Sequence record: NZ_CP025492.2
Length of the DNA stretch: 64,000 nucleotides
Origin: a plasmid
Direction: 5' to 3' (one strand)
Shown: positions 52,899 through 63,047 of the stretch, one piece after another
Position numbering within the stretch: the stretch's first letter is position 1
Layout of the letters: every line of letters starts with the position of its first letter
The notes under the pieces: model-generated
Database searches by the model: none
What the model saw: only the letters and a program-made list of their open reading frames with translations
Told to the model about the DNA's origin: nothing
Translations under genes and position numbers: made by a program

Positions 52899-53848
52899 AT
52901 CATGAAGCCAAAATTATCCCCATCTCCAGGGTAGGTATGTCCGGCCTCCCAGGTAATGACTGAACGGCCAAAGGGCTGGCAGCGTTTCGCATCAGGTAAT
53001 GTATTGACTAACTGGTAGCGATACCGGCTTTTAGGCAAAATGGAAGAGTGATAGGTGCGACAAAGTGCAGGCCAATCTTTACCGACCGAATCTTTAATTG
53101 CTCCAAGGCGATGAAGCTTAAAGTCGGTGCGTTCTGCCAGGAGCGTTGCGGCACTGATGGGACTTGCCTGATTTGCCACAAAACCATTGAGCGGATAGGT
53201 AGATCCTTGAGCGCCCTGGCACCAGAATAGAGAATCCATGGCCGTTCCTGCCAATGCTTTGGTTGCATCTGCTGCACAAGACGCCCGTACTGGCGATGTG
53301 GTAAATAAGGTGGCCTCTGGATTAAGAACAAAAGCAAACTCAGAGTCATTCCATGTTGGATCAAGTTCACTCAAATACATCACATCAAAATCTTCTGTCT
53401 CCATACAGCCGATGGATGTAAGTACCTGCAGCCAATACATCAGAGGGTATTTGTACCAATGCACGTAATAAAATGCGCCTCGCCCATCCGTATCGGGCAT
53501 TTGTGAACCACCAAGACCCTGGTCTTTAATATGTAGTTGCACCCCAAGATTCACCATGCAATATGGCTTTCGTGTCACATCGACTAACGCAAAGGGTTCC
53601 CAATAACCTATAGTAACTCCTAAAAGTTGTAATTTGTTTGGGCAGGAACAGATAGGGTTCCCAGGATTTTTAGTATCAGGATACTGGCTTTTTACTACTT
53701 CGGAGGAACCAATGGTTAAAGGGAACAAACAATCCCAGCAAATGTCGGTAATAGGATTGACAAAATGCCCTTTACACTGCGATGCGTGCAATGAACAGAT
53801 GAAGAATAAGCCTGCAGCAATTGAACAGAAAAGTCGTTTATTCATCAT
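52868..53848 (-). CDS. traU: TraU (F-type pilus assembly/DNA transfer)
   Basis: 326 aa (F TraU is 330 aa) with a signal peptide and conserved Cys pattern (CKGHF...CWDCLFPLTIG...CSC). Confidence 0.85.
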   Translation of the reverse strand: MMNKRLFCSIAAGLFFICSLHASQCKGHFVNPITDICWDCLFPLTIGSSEVVKSQYPDTKNPGNPICSCPNKLQLLGVTIGYWEPFALVDVTRKPYCMVNLGVQLHIKDQGLGGSQMPDTDGRGAFYYVHWYKYPLMYWLQVLTSIGCMETEDFDVMYLSELDPTWNDSEFAFVLNPEATLFTTSPVRASCAADATKALAGTAMDSLFWCQGAQGSTYPLNGFVANQASPISAATLLAERTDFKLHRLGAIKDSVGKDWPALCRTYHSSILPKSRYRYQLVNTLPDAKRCQPFGRSVITWEAGHTYPGDGDNFGFMIWRKRNCCFL

Positions 53849-54473
53849 TCACTCCAATTTCTTTAATTTGCCAATCAAGACCTACCTGACTGACTATGCT
53901 TGGAACGTGTTGAAGCTGCAGCCGAGATGAAATGATGCCGTTCACATCAAAATAAATTCGACCAAAAAGCTCTGCAGCAACTCGAACATCACCACCGGTT
54001 AAAATGAACTTAACGTGCTTAAAATCGGTGTAATGGTTCTTAACCCAGGCAACCTGTCTTGCATCATCCGCATTAAAGAAAATCAGGGTTTTGAGGAAGT
54101 GAACGCGCTCAAATGGGTTTATCCGCGTTCCTGCTTTTGCAATTAAATACCCATCAGGAGTCCAGATATCATGAGATACAGTCACTGCCGGTGAGATGCG
54201 AAACGTCTTAGGCGTGCGAGTCGTGCTCAATGCCAAAGGGTGTGGTCTCATCGCCTGACGCGCTGCTTTCTGCTCTAAATCACGCTGAACATGCTCTAAA
54301 TCACCACTTTGCTGTAATGCATTGAGTTTGTTCATAATGACTTTTCTTATATCCTCTTCTCTAACAGGGAATGTCTGGCCATACTGACCAATATTTTTTG
54401 CATGACTTACAGGCTCTAATAAGAAGGCCAGACCAAGAATCAGGGCTAAAAACCGTTTGTTAGTGCGCTTCAT
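53838..54473 (-). CDS. traW: TraW (F-type)
   Basis: 211 aa with a signal peptide (F TraW is 210 aa), between trbI and traU. Confidence 0.75.
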   Translation of the reverse strand: MKRTNKRFLALILGLAFLLEPVSHAKNIGQYGQTFPVREEDIRKVIMNKLNALQQSGDLEHVQRDLEQKAARQAMRPHPLALSTTRTPKTFRISPAVTVSHDIWTPDGYLIAKAGTRINPFERVHFLKTLIFFNADDARQVAWVKNHYTDFKHVKFILTGGDVRVAAELFGRIYFDVNGIISSRLQLQHVPSIVSQVGLDWQIKEIGVNDE

Positions 54474-54825
54474 GCTTTATCCTTGCTATGGTCAAAGCAA
54501 TGAGCTCGTCTGTTACATCCACTTGGGAGGGTTTGTAACCAGTCAATACAGGTGCACTGACTAAGGTTACCCGGTGAGACCTTCCATAGTCCTTGATGAC
54601 TTCTGGAAGGGCTCGTGAAAAGCGATCCATAATGTTTAATTGTTCTTCATGAGTCAGTTTAGAACGGGCAAGCAGCACCGAAGGTGCCTCTATGGCACGA
54701 TTCATATCAACCACCAAAAGAGGTAACGGCTTAGGCCACATCATAAACATACCCGCCAGGACTCCAATGAACCCACAAACTCCTGCAATGACCCAATATG
54801 TGGTGTTTAAGCGATTAAATGGCAT
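54460..54825 (-). CDS. trbI: TrbI-like inner-membrane protein. Start taken at MPFNRLN, just after the traC stop.
   Basis: Single TM (YWVIAGVCGFIGVLAGMFMMW) and size matching F TrbI (128 aa). The longer ORF start would overlap traC. Confidence 0.5.
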   Translation of the reverse strand: MPFNRLNTTYWVIAGVCGFIGVLAGMFMMWPKPLPLLVVDMNRAIEAPSVLLARSKLTHEEQLNIMDRFSRALPEVIKDYGRSHRVTLVSAPVLTGYKPSQVDVTDELIALTIARIKHEAH

Positions 54826-57364
54826 AACCCCTCCCATAATGCAGTTCTGCGACATGCGATACCGCATCAAGAAATGCAATCCCTTGTGCCACATAATTAA
54901 TGACCGCCTGATAATCATCTCCATCAGAAGATAAAAGCACGCGAGTAAATGGATCAACGAACAAGCGATGAAAGGAGGAAATACCGTTGGCGCGCAACAA
55001 AACTTGCGAAAAACCAGCTTCTTTCGCTATTGGGAATGATTTCAGAATAGTCATCTCGTAGTCCGAAAAAGTCTCATGCTTTTTTTGATGCTCTAAAAGC
55101 GGTGATTCTTCTTGTAAAAAAACAAGCTTTAAAGCGGAGTTCTCCCATGCGGCACGAGCTTCTGAAAATTCAAAATAATCCTCAATCCCCTGAGTAATCG
55201 TGACAAATGATGCTTTATGCCGCCGACCAGTACGAAAGCCTTTGGTAATAAAGTTCACTGCAATTAAATCCCCTGTAAAAAAAGACCAGGCTTCATCAAT
55301 GATGCACATCTTTTGTTTGTTCCTGTCCGAGTTGAACATACGTCTTTGAAACTGAGAAATAACGGACAGGAGAACCGGTGCGCGAATGCTTTGATTGTCT
55401 TCAATTTCCTTCAAATCAACTACAATTATGCGGGCATCAGGCGATAACTGGGATGGTTCATTAAACGCCTTTCCATGCTCTGAGGCAGAACAGTAACGCT
55501 GAAGGTTTTTAGACAAAATGCGCGCTGTAGGATAGGTTTCGCGGTCGTGCTCGTACAATGACAATAAGACTCCTGCAACCTCATCAATGCGCGTTTGATT
55601 CTGAGTTGTTCCAAAAGCGGTTAAAATGGCTTCTCTTAAAGTGCCTCTGTCGTCATCTGTAGCACCGCTGGTCGGGCAAGTTAATAATTCAAACAAGGCA
55701 ATAATGTCATCAATCTCTCGTAAAATGTCCGTAACATGGGTAAAGGGATTCATCGCCAAATTGCTGTATTCAAGATAAGTCCCACCAAGCGCCTCACACA
55801 GTTTTCTGTAGCTTCCACCTACATCAATAATAAAAATATCCCCGCCATTAAATAAAATATTGAGCATCAGCATCTGAATGAAAAAACTTTTACCACCGCC
55901 CGATGTTCCGGTTACAGCCATATTGTAATTGCTGCCAAATGCACCCGAGAAAGGATCGATGCAGGCAAACTGATCGCGCATGGTGGGCAACAAAATACCC
56001 TTGCCCACCCCGCGCCAGTCAGAAAGAATTGGCATGTATTGGGTTGCATTCCATGAAGAAATTGGCCACATCATGGTTGGAAGAGAAAAATCCTTAGCCA
56101 GATTTCCTGTGAAAAAAAACGGCATCGAGACTAAAAAATACGGACATTGCATACGTTTACACAATGCCAATTTAATGTCATTGAACGCAAATACCGTGCG
56201 AGCAGCCTCCACATCACGCTCTTTTTCATGAGGTCTTGAAAAAAGAACCACGTTATAAAGCATCTTTACAGAACGAGTCTTCTGTGAGGATAAATCATCT
56301 CGAAAAGTACGCCATACTCTTGCCTGCTCCTCAGTTCCCGCTACATTCAAGGCATAATCACTTTTAGATTTTTTATCCAAATCACGGGTCTTGCGGTTCG
56401 CTCTACCCTGAGCACGTCCCTGCTCTTCAACCAGATAGATGACCGAGATGATGTGATTACAGGATATTCTTTTATCAGGATGAAAAATGTTGCTGGTATT
56501 ATTGATGTTCTCCCATAAACAATACTGACGAGGGAGGCGATCAATGGTCAGAACAGATACAGCTGTTTCATAAGCATGTCCAGTTTCATTAGCCCCTTGA
56601 ATTACTACTTCATTGTTTTTAATTTCAATATCAAAGTCATGAGACAGTGCCTGCTCTTTAAGTAATTTGGTTTTGTCGTATATAACAGGGCGTGGGGTAA
56701 TTGCATCAGGGCAATTATCCAGATAAAACTGAAGCAAATGCAAAAAATCAGTCGCATCTGCTTGCTTAAATCCAATTTTTGCAGCACTTAAGGATGCTTC
56801 AAATGAAACGCGAAACTGGCCAAAACAGGCTTTTAAATCGTTCTCAGATTCTTTTTTGATTTTATCAATGACGATATAGCAATCCGTATGCGTTAATCGA
56901 GGTGCAAGCATCGTGTTGGTTTTAAAACCGTGTATGGCGGCTTTTTGATAAAATGCCTTAAGGTTCTCTCCTAACAGGCTTAAATTTTCAAATTCGCTTT
57001 TTGTGAACTGCGAAGTAAATGCCTCAATATCTTTCCCTACCTGATTGTGTTTGACGCAAATCAACTGCAAGGTGAACTCATGAGACACTTTAGATTGAAG
57101 CAGCGCATCCAGCTGCTCTGCTATGTGTTCATTCGCACCCGTTAAAGGGACAATGCGATAAATTAAACCCGCATTGTGTTCATTAAAAAACAGCTTCGAT
57201 TCCTCATCAAAATATTGATAAGGTAATAGCTCCTCAGTAAAAGAAGGATATTGATGCGCCTTGAGGTCAAAAGCGGCTCCGTTATCGGCTAGCCCTTTGT
57301 CATTCCAGGTCTCCTTTAGCAACTGATAAGTATCTTGAACCCATTCTATAGCGTTTGTAAGCAT
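54815..57364 (-). CDS. traC: TraC (VirB4-family ATPase, F-type)
   Basis: Walker A (GTSGGGKS), and the N-terminal region aligns with F TraC (SFTEELLPYQYFDEESKLFF). Start chosen at MLTNAIEW (57364) to avoid overlap with traV. Confidence 0.9.
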   Translation of the reverse strand: MLTNAIEWVQDTYQLLKETWNDKGLADNGAAFDLKAHQYPSFTEELLPYQYFDEESKLFFNEHNAGLIYRIVPLTGANEHIAEQLDALLQSKVSHEFTLQLICVKHNQVGKDIEAFTSQFTKSEFENLSLLGENLKAFYQKAAIHGFKTNTMLAPRLTHTDCYIVIDKIKKESENDLKACFGQFRVSFEASLSAAKIGFKQADATDFLHLLQFYLDNCPDAITPRPVIYDKTKLLKEQALSHDFDIEIKNNEVVIQGANETGHAYETAVSVLTIDRLPRQYCLWENINNTSNIFHPDKRISCNHIISVIYLVEEQGRAQGRANRKTRDLDKKSKSDYALNVAGTEEQARVWRTFRDDLSSQKTRSVKMLYNVVLFSRPHEKERDVEAARTVFAFNDIKLALCKRMQCPYFLVSMPFFFTGNLAKDFSLPTMMWPISSWNATQYMPILSDWRGVGKGILLPTMRDQFACIDPFSGAFGSNYNMAVTGTSGGGKSFFIQMLMLNILFNGGDIFIIDVGGSYRKLCEALGGTYLEYSNLAMNPFTHVTDILREIDDIIALFELLTCPTSGATDDDRGTLREAILTAFGTTQNQTRIDEVAGVLLSLYEHDRETYPTARILSKNLQRYCSASEHGKAFNEPSQLSPDARIIVVDLKEIEDNQSIRAPVLLSVISQFQRRMFNSDRNKQKMCIIDEAWSFFTGDLIAVNFITKGFRTGRRHKASFVTITQGIEDYFEFSEARAAWENSALKLVFLQEESPLLEHQKKHETFSDYEMTILKSFPIAKEAGFSQVLLRANGISSFHRLFVDPFTRVLLSSDGDDYQAVINYVAQGIAFLDAVSHVAELHYGRGYAI

Positions 57365-57392
57365 TGCTTCTCTCCTGTATTCGTGCCAGCGC

Positions 57393-57635
57393 CTATTTAT
57401 AATCTGAATACAGATCTTGAATTCTTGCCTGCTGCACGAATTGACCATCGGGTGTATAGCGTTTTTCCTGCACCATACGATTCACCATTTCCATACTTTG
57501 ACAACCACCCCTGTCAGAAAAAGGACATCTTGCATCCTGATTGTCGAGGATGGATTTCGAGCAGGCACATAACTGCGACACTAAGAAAAGGGTACTCAAT
57601 AAAAATAGAGGTTTAGTCATGAAGTGGCTCCTCAT
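57393..57635 (-). CDS. traV: TraV-like outer-membrane lipoprotein
   Basis: Signal peptide with lipobox-like LCAC. It sits between traB and traC. Confidence 0.55.
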   Translation of the reverse strand: MRSHFMTKPLFLLSTLFLVSQLCACSKSILDNQDARCPFSDRGGCQSMEMVNRMVQEKRYTPDGQFVQQARIQDLYSDYK

Positions 57636-59079
57636 TTTGTACGGTTGAAAATAATGGGGTAGAGGGTTGTCCTGGTTGATTTAAGAGGGGATTCTCAACA
57701 GGATTAACGGTTTGAACCATGGGCTCTTGATTATTGGACTGCATCAATGAAGCGCCATTCACAGGGTGTGTATTTAATTCATAGGCACGGCTTACAGTGG
57801 TTGTAACCCCAGACTCGTTTTGGGCATGTCCTTCATTGATAGCGCGTCCTGACTCGTACACCTGATGTTCTTTGTCTATCCAAAAGCCTTTAGTAAATAA
57901 AACGGACACACGACGACCAGCACGTGCCACAACCAGTGGATGATAAATATCAGCAATGCGCATTACATAGTCTGAAATACGATTGGCAGGATTACTAAGC
58001 GCACCACCAGCAGCCGATTGAGCAAGGGTTGATGCCTGCCCGTAGGTCGTAATGGTGCCAGCCCCCGGATTGATTGTTTGAGCGGTATTTAAATTCTTTA
58101 AGCCATCACCAAATCCTGCCAGCATGCCTGCCGCTGCCGAATAGGTTAAGAGCGGCTTTGTTTTTAGAATGGATGTTCCGCGTAAATCCTGCATGGCATC
58201 CAAATCAAATACAGAGCCGTAGGCCTTTTGTTCAAAATTGATGTTGTTTCCTGCGCAAGACAGTGTTTCTAAATGCATCACCACGGAACTTCCTGATAAA
58301 TCACCATAAGTGGATACCAGGGCGACACAGTCTTCCAGATGAGAACGCTGATTGTTGGGCATGATTCCTCCGCTGGTAAGGCGGATTAAAGCAGTTCCCA
58401 TGTTTTTTGAGCCGTTTATTCCTGCATCACCTAAAACCCCAGTCAGCAACACCCCTTCAACAAAGGTTCCCGCCCAAACATAATTTTTAGAGGTTCGCAC
58501 TTCCTTGTTTTTTTTCTTCCGGTTGTTAAATTGCACTGTTTCCAGTCCTGATTTTGCGAGCAGTTCGCGCTCTGCCTGATGCTTTTTCTTTTGCTGTGCT
58601 TCCATTTCTTCACGAGTTGGCGGCCTAACGGTGACCAGGCTTGCCTGACGGGTAGAAACCAGTGCAACCTGTAATTGTTCGTTCATTTTTTTATTTTCTT
58701 CTTCAAGGTGTGAAAGCTGTTCTTTCATGGCCTGGATCAAAGCTTTTGTTTCCGAATTTTCTGTTTTCACAGGTGCTGCTTCCTGCTGTTTTTTATGATG
58801 TTCTGCCACTAACTCTTTTAAAGAATCAATTTGTTGCTGCTGTTGCAGAAGGAGTGCTTCGTCACTGCCCTGATTAAAAGTACTTTCAAAAATACTCTCG
58901 AACGGAGCTTCTTCCTGGTGGACTGGTTTTTTTTTCTCAGCTGATGAGTAACAATAAAATCCATAGGATGCCCCACCCACCAGTAATAAAATGGCTGCGT
59001 GCTTCAATTGTTCCTTTTTGGCCAGTTTATTGGCGTTTTGAGGTTTTAGCGTCAACCATTGTTTTATTTTTTTAAACAT
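57613..59079 (-). CDS. traB: TraB (VirB10-like, F-type)
   Basis: 488 aa (F TraB is 475 aa) with an N-terminal TM, coiled-coil and C-terminal beta-barrel domain. Confidence 0.8.
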   Translation of the reverse strand: MFKKIKQWLTLKPQNANKLAKKEQLKHAAILLLVGGASYGFYCYSSAEKKKPVHQEEAPFESIFESTFNQGSDEALLLQQQQQIDSLKELVAEHHKKQQEAAPVKTENSETKALIQAMKEQLSHLEEENKKMNEQLQVALVSTRQASLVTVRPPTREEMEAQQKKKHQAERELLAKSGLETVQFNNRKKKNKEVRTSKNYVWAGTFVEGVLLTGVLGDAGINGSKNMGTALIRLTSGGIMPNNQRSHLEDCVALVSTYGDLSGSSVVMHLETLSCAGNNINFEQKAYGSVFDLDAMQDLRGTSILKTKPLLTYSAAAGMLAGFGDGLKNLNTAQTINPGAGTITTYGQASTLAQSAAGGALSNPANRISDYVMRIADIYHPLVVARAGRRVSVLFTKGFWIDKEHQVYESGRAINEGHAQNESGVTTTVSRAYELNTHPVNGASLMQSNNQEPMVQTVNPVENPLLNQPGQPSTPLFSTVQNEEPLHD

Positions 59080-59119
59080 TACCTACTCTCCTTCCAACTC
59101 ATTTTAAGCAGCTTCTGGT

Positions 59120-59878
59120 TTATCCCTGATTGCTGTATAACCCATATAAATAAGCGATTTTTTTAGGTGGGAGCGCCTCATCACTTAATGACAGGGATTC
59201 TGCGTCCTTATGGGCAAATAAGGCGGTTGTAAGCGCCAGCTCATGATTTGATGTATTTTCTAACCGATAGATAAAGCCGGTGAAACGCTTCCCCTGATAT
59301 TGTTTTTCAAGAGTTACCTTAATGTTTTTTTTAATGTAAAAAGAACGTGGAGTAATTCGTTTCTCATTAAATTCTTTGGGGGTCTCCCCTGCTTTCATGG
59401 CAGCGATTGCCTCATCTACTTCACTGGCATCAGGGGTATCCAGTTTCACAAATTTCAATTTTGTTTGAGCGCGCGGCACAAGCCTTAAGGTTTTTCCAAC
59501 CGATTCATCAGGTGTCAGGGTAAGTGATACGTGATGTCCTTTATCTGTAGTTAGGAACAGGGTAATGGGAACTTGAAAATTGGGCTTTATATACACCGAA
59601 GAATCCGTGCTTTCAGGGTTATCCATCTCACTTTTATCTACTGTAATAGCATGCTCTGGGTAACTTAATTTAGTGATCGATTCCCCTTCAACAAACACAC
59701 GATTAAAGTTAATACTCGATAAGGTCAGATTAAACTGCTCTCCTTCTTCAAAAGCGATGACCGAAGGAGCTGTGCTTGCACAAACAATTCCTGAGCACAA
59801 ACAACTTATAAGAAGAATGTTTTTTTTAACTTGATCATAAATTGAGTTAGTCATGGTGTATCTCCTGAATGGACACAA
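59120..59878 (-). CDS. traK: TraK (secretin-like/VirB9-like, F-type). The start may be at 59854.
   Basis: Signal peptide and position between traE and traB. F TraK is 242 aa. Confidence 0.7.
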   Translation of the reverse strand: MCPFRRYTMTNSIYDQVKKNILLISCLCSGIVCASTAPSVIAFEEGEQFNLTLSSINFNRVFVEGESITKLSYPEHAITVDKSEMDNPESTDSSVYIKPNFQVPITLFLTTDKGHHVSLTLTPDESVGKTLRLVPRAQTKLKFVKLDTPDASEVDEAIAAMKAGETPKEFNEKRITPRSFYIKKNIKVTLEKQYQGKRFTGFIYRLENTSNHELALTTALFAHKDAESLSLSDEALPPKKIAYLYGLYSNQG

Positions 59879-60407
59879 GATTTAAAAGGCCTGATTGATG
59901 TGAAAACTGCACTCGATACATTTTGTGTTGTGGCTTTAATTGAAGCCCATGGCTTGTGCGATACAATTGCCCTTCGATTTGACCTTGATTTTTAGAGACA
60001 TCCACGGATACTTTTTCAACATAAAAAACTGAGCTTACATTTTTTTCATGTACTGTTTTTCGCTCGGCATCCAATAGTTTGGAAAACGATTCCTGGTATT
60101 TCGCTGGAATCAGATGAGACAGCATGGTGTAGCGTGCATCAATGGTCTCAGGATTGTAGGTCAGGCGTAAGTCAGCAGCTTTCTGCGTCATTTCTTTCAG
60201 GTATTCGGGTGAATAGCCTTTATCACCAATGCTAAACTCTAGACCAGTACACACTGGAAGCCAGTGAACCTGCTTATGCAGTAAGGTATAAAAATTTAAG
60301 GCGCAAAGGACAATAATTGCAAACGTACTCGATAGCGCCCAAATCAGTGTCAGCTTGAATAACAGTCTGTTTTTTGCAATCGCATTATCACGAAATGAAG
60401 TATCCAT
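59847..60407 (-). CDS. traE: TraE (VirB5/8-like bitopic, F-type)
   Basis: N-terminal TM (LTLIWALSSTFAIIVLCALNFY). Start chosen at MDTSFRDN, which abuts the traL stop. Confidence 0.75.
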   Translation of the reverse strand: MDTSFRDNAIAKNRLLFKLTLIWALSSTFAIIVLCALNFYTLLHKQVHWLPVCTGLEFSIGDKGYSPEYLKEMTQKAADLRLTYNPETIDARYTMLSHLIPAKYQESFSKLLDAERKTVHEKNVSSVFYVEKVSVDVSKNQGQIEGQLYRTSHGLQLKPQHKMYRVQFSHQSGLLNLVSIQEIHHD

Positions 60408-60411
60408 TAAA

Positions 60412-60702
60412 TCACCTGATATAAATTCGGTTGGCAGAATCGGGAAAAGCTCGAAATACAAGGGACGTTAACCTGTGAGGCAGCGACCAGTATACGATGG
60501 CAAACAGACTCCGCAGAGGCAGTCCTCCATACTTGATATGCATCGCAACGCTTAGGGCTGCGCCTATCATAAAAAGCTGATAGGCAAGTCCTGTTAAAAG
60601 CCCAATTCCCGTGAGTAAAAAAATGGGCAGGCCTGTGGTAACAGGAATACCCGCAATTTTAGGCTCATCAGAGAGCATAAAGGTTTGGTAGTTGCGAGCC
60701 AT
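60412..60702 (-). CDS. traL: TraL (VirB3-like, F-type)
   Basis: 96 aa with 2 TM (F TraL is 91 aa). It shares a start/stop junction with traA. Confidence 0.7.
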   Translation of the reverse strand: MARNYQTFMLSDEPKIAGIPVTTGLPIFLLTGIGLLTGLAYQLFMIGAALSVAMHIKYGGLPLRSLFAIVYWSLPHRLTSLVFRAFPDSANRIYIR

Positions 60703-61016
60703 TATTTCAATGCCCAGTGAGTAAACACCATCAATACAGGAACACCCGCAAGGACTGCGATATTTTTGGTTTTGATGTAGGCATAAGCCCCTGCAAGCCC
60801 TTCTGCTAACAAAAGAAAATAAGGGAGATCTGAATCCGCTCCAAAGGTTGCCTTTACTTCCTCTTTTAATCCAGAAAGCCGATTCTCAGCAGCAAAACAG
60901 GAGTCTGGCATCAAACACAACAGTGCCAAACCAATCATTAAAAAAGGGAGCAGCTGCCTGGCATACAGATATCCTTTAATGCTCAAATCGTTCATTGCTG
61001 TTCTATAGTTCATCAC
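60702..61016 (-). CDS. traA: TraA F-type propilin
   Basis: Long leader ending in AxA (CFAAEN), followed by a mature hydrophobic pilin core of about 70 aa (YFLLLAEGLAGAYAYIKTKN...). Confidence 0.65.
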   Translation of the reverse strand: MMNYRTAMNDLSIKGYLYARQLLPFLMIGLALLCLMPDSCFAAENRLSGLKEEVKATFGADSDLPYFLLLAEGLAGAYAYIKTKNIAVLAGVPVLMVFTHWALK

Positions 61017-61120
61017 ATTCTCCTTTTTTGGTTAAAAAAATCCCCCTGAGCCCCAATTTGTGCTCATTTTTTATTCTTTTTATTTAATGAATCGTGTTTT
61101 TGTGGTTTTATAAAGAGCGC

Positions 61121-61492
61121 TTATCCATCCATGGTTACTCCTTTATCAAGCATGCTTTGACTTAATAGGTGGTTGTTCTTTTTAAGTTCAACTAAAATTT
61201 GCGTCAGTAGGTGATTTGCAGAATCCAGTTTTTTGAACAAAGCCACATACTCAACTGCTTTTGCTATGTCAGGAACCTCCTTATCCATTGCTAGCAAAAG
61301 CGTAAAAAGCGCTCCACTGGAAAGAATGTGTTTAAAATATTCGACATCCTGTTCATCATTTTCAGTTGAAACGGCAGTCAGATTCTGATTAATCTTAAAA
61401 TTGTTTTCAGGCAGTGTTGTGGGCTCTGCATGAATAACTCCACTCACAACGATGAGGGTCATCGACAGCATGAGTGTTTTAATTGGGTTCAT
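61121..61492 (-). CDS. Hypothetical secreted protein (signal peptide)
   Basis: 123-aa ORF between traT and traA. Confidence 0.35.
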   Translation of the reverse strand: MNPIKTLMLSMTLIVVSGVIHAEPTTLPENNFKINQNLTAVSTENDEQDVEYFKHILSSGALFTLLLAMDKEVPDIAKAVEYVALFKKLDSANHLLTQILVELKKNNHLLSQSMLDKGVTMDG

Positions 61493-61535
61493 TGAGCGCT
61501 CCTTTTATTTTTGTTATGAACTTAAGCTTTTAAAA

Positions 61536-61937
61536 TTAGTCCGATGTTTGGTCTGTTTCTGGTATGTTGATGTTCTCAAGTTCACTTTTCATCACAATAA
61601 CTCGTGCAAGATAGGGTTTTACCTTCGGTGATAAATGTGTACAGTAGCTTCTTACATTGCTGATTGCTTTTAATTCATTGTATCCATAAGCCATAGAAAC
61701 AACTGCACTGTCTTTTTTATGATGCTGCAATTGGGCTCCTGCTGATTCCAGGTAGGCTGCAGCAATTGCGACATCTCCAGAACATAAATCGGAATTGTTT
61801 TCTTTGGCAATCTGGTTGAGTTGATAAGACGTATCAAAAATTGGTCTTTCTAAATCGTAGTGATTCGAACTGGTTGCAACAGCACAGGGTGAACCCAGTG
61901 CGGTGATGATAAGTCCTGCTATTACATTGATTCTCAT
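61536..61937 (-). CDS. Hypothetical secreted/periplasmic protein
   Basis: 133-aa ORF with a signal peptide, between traT and traA. Confidence 0.35.
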   Translation of the reverse strand: MRINVIAGLIITALGSPCAVATSSNHYDLERPIFDTSYQLNQIAKENNSDLCSGDVAIAAAYLESAGAQLQHHKKDSAVVSMAYGYNELKAISNVRSYCTHLSPKVKPYLARVIVMKSELENINIPETDQTSD

Positions 61938-62012
61938 TACTATTCCCTCTTTAACTCATTATTGTTTTTTAAATCCTATGCACTTTTTTCATGAAGCTCT
62001 AATCAGGCTGCA

Positions 62013-62765
62013 TCAAAAAATGCCCGCTAATGTTTTTACCAGACCTTGTTCCAATGCGGGTCGTGCTTCTGCAAAACTCAGATTGACTTTATCGGCATTG
62101 GATACCACCCGCGTTCTATAGCGTTGGTAATCACTGTGTTTGCTCAATGTCTGTGTGGTTCCAGATGCAGTGCCATTTTGAAGGTTGGAATTAAACTGCT
62201 CATGAACAGTACCTTTTCCAACGCGCTCAGAAATTTGTACATCGGTAATCATCGTGTAATTCACTGCCTTGACTAGAGAATCTGCAGCCAAACCAATAAT
62301 TCCCCCACCAATACCTGCACCAATCATGGTGCTTGAATGACCGCTTAATGCACCCAGTGCAGTTCCTGTTGCTGCCCCTGCCAATGCACTGCCATACCCG
62401 CCACCTAGCGCGGATTGGCTTGCAGACGCGCTCATTTTTCCCACCTTAAGAATATTGGCCTGCAGCAGGTAATGGGCTTTGGATGGATTTCCAACCACTT
62501 TATAGCCATGTTCTTCTAATGCCTGCTTTAGTGACTTATCAATGGATAATGACTCTTGAGAAGTATTCTTAATTGTGATGTAAATCGTTTTTTGACTTTG
62601 AGCCACAGGATCAAGAAAAATCGTTTGGCTGAGTTTTGTATCTGTTTCTAAGTTACGATGTTCGATCACTGTTGATGTTGCAGCACAGCTCACCAACAGG
62701 GCAAAAGATCCAGTTAAAGCTAAAGTGGTAATTGCCTTTTGTATCTGGTTAATGCATGGTTTCAT
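62013..62765 (-). CDS. traT: TraT surface-exclusion outer-membrane lipoprotein
   Basis: Lipobox (LLVSCAATS) and strong similarity to F TraT (RNLETDTK...IKNTS...YKVV..P.KAHY..QANILK; NYTMITDVQISER; RYRTRVVSNADKVNLSFAEA). Confidence 0.8.
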   Translation of the reverse strand: MKPCINQIQKAITTLALTGSFALLVSCAATSTVIEHRNLETDTKLSQTIFLDPVAQSQKTIYITIKNTSQESLSIDKSLKQALEEHGYKVVGNPSKAHYLLQANILKVGKMSASASQSALGGGYGSALAGAATGTALGALSGHSSTMIGAGIGGGIIGLAADSLVKAVNYTMITDVQISERVGKGTVHEQFNSNLQNGTASGTTQTLSKHSDYQRYRTRVVSNADKVNLSFAEARPALEQGLVKTLAGIF

Positions 62766-62803
62766 ATTATTCCCTTAACTCGTTAGTATGGTGATTTGAA
62801 TGG

Positions 62804-63028
62804 TTAATGAGTCTGTACGCCCCGTGCTTCCTTCCACTGACCAGGCTTATTTAAAAACAGAGATTGTTCTTTTTTAATTTTTTGATGTATTTCCTGACGA
62901 TGAATAATTACATCTTGTGGTGCATCGAACCCTAAGCGGACTTGATTACCCTTAACACCGAGCACGGTGATATAAATGTCATCATTGATTAGTACGGTTT
63001 CGCCTATTCTACGTGTAAGTATTAACAT
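62804..63028 (-). CDS. csrA: CsrA-family RNA-binding regulator, ICE-encoded paralog (LvrC/CsrT-like)
   Basis: Sequence ([47 protein letters not shown]) is canonical CsrA. It lies at the head of the tra operon next to lvrA/B-like genes. Confidence 0.85.
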   Translation of the reverse strand: MLILTRRIGETVLINDDIYITVLGVKGNQVRLGFDAPQDVIIHRQEIHQKIKKEQSLFLNKPGQWKEARGVQTH

Positions 63029-63047
63029 GCTGTGTTCCTTTTATTGG

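Noticed and set aside
54815-57448. Longer TraC start at 57448 and TrbI start at 54957 as given in the ORF track
   Set aside because: These upstream extensions overlap traV by 56 nt and traC by 140 nt respectively. Internal ATG starts (57364 and 54825) restore F-like protein lengths and non-overlapping gene junctions.
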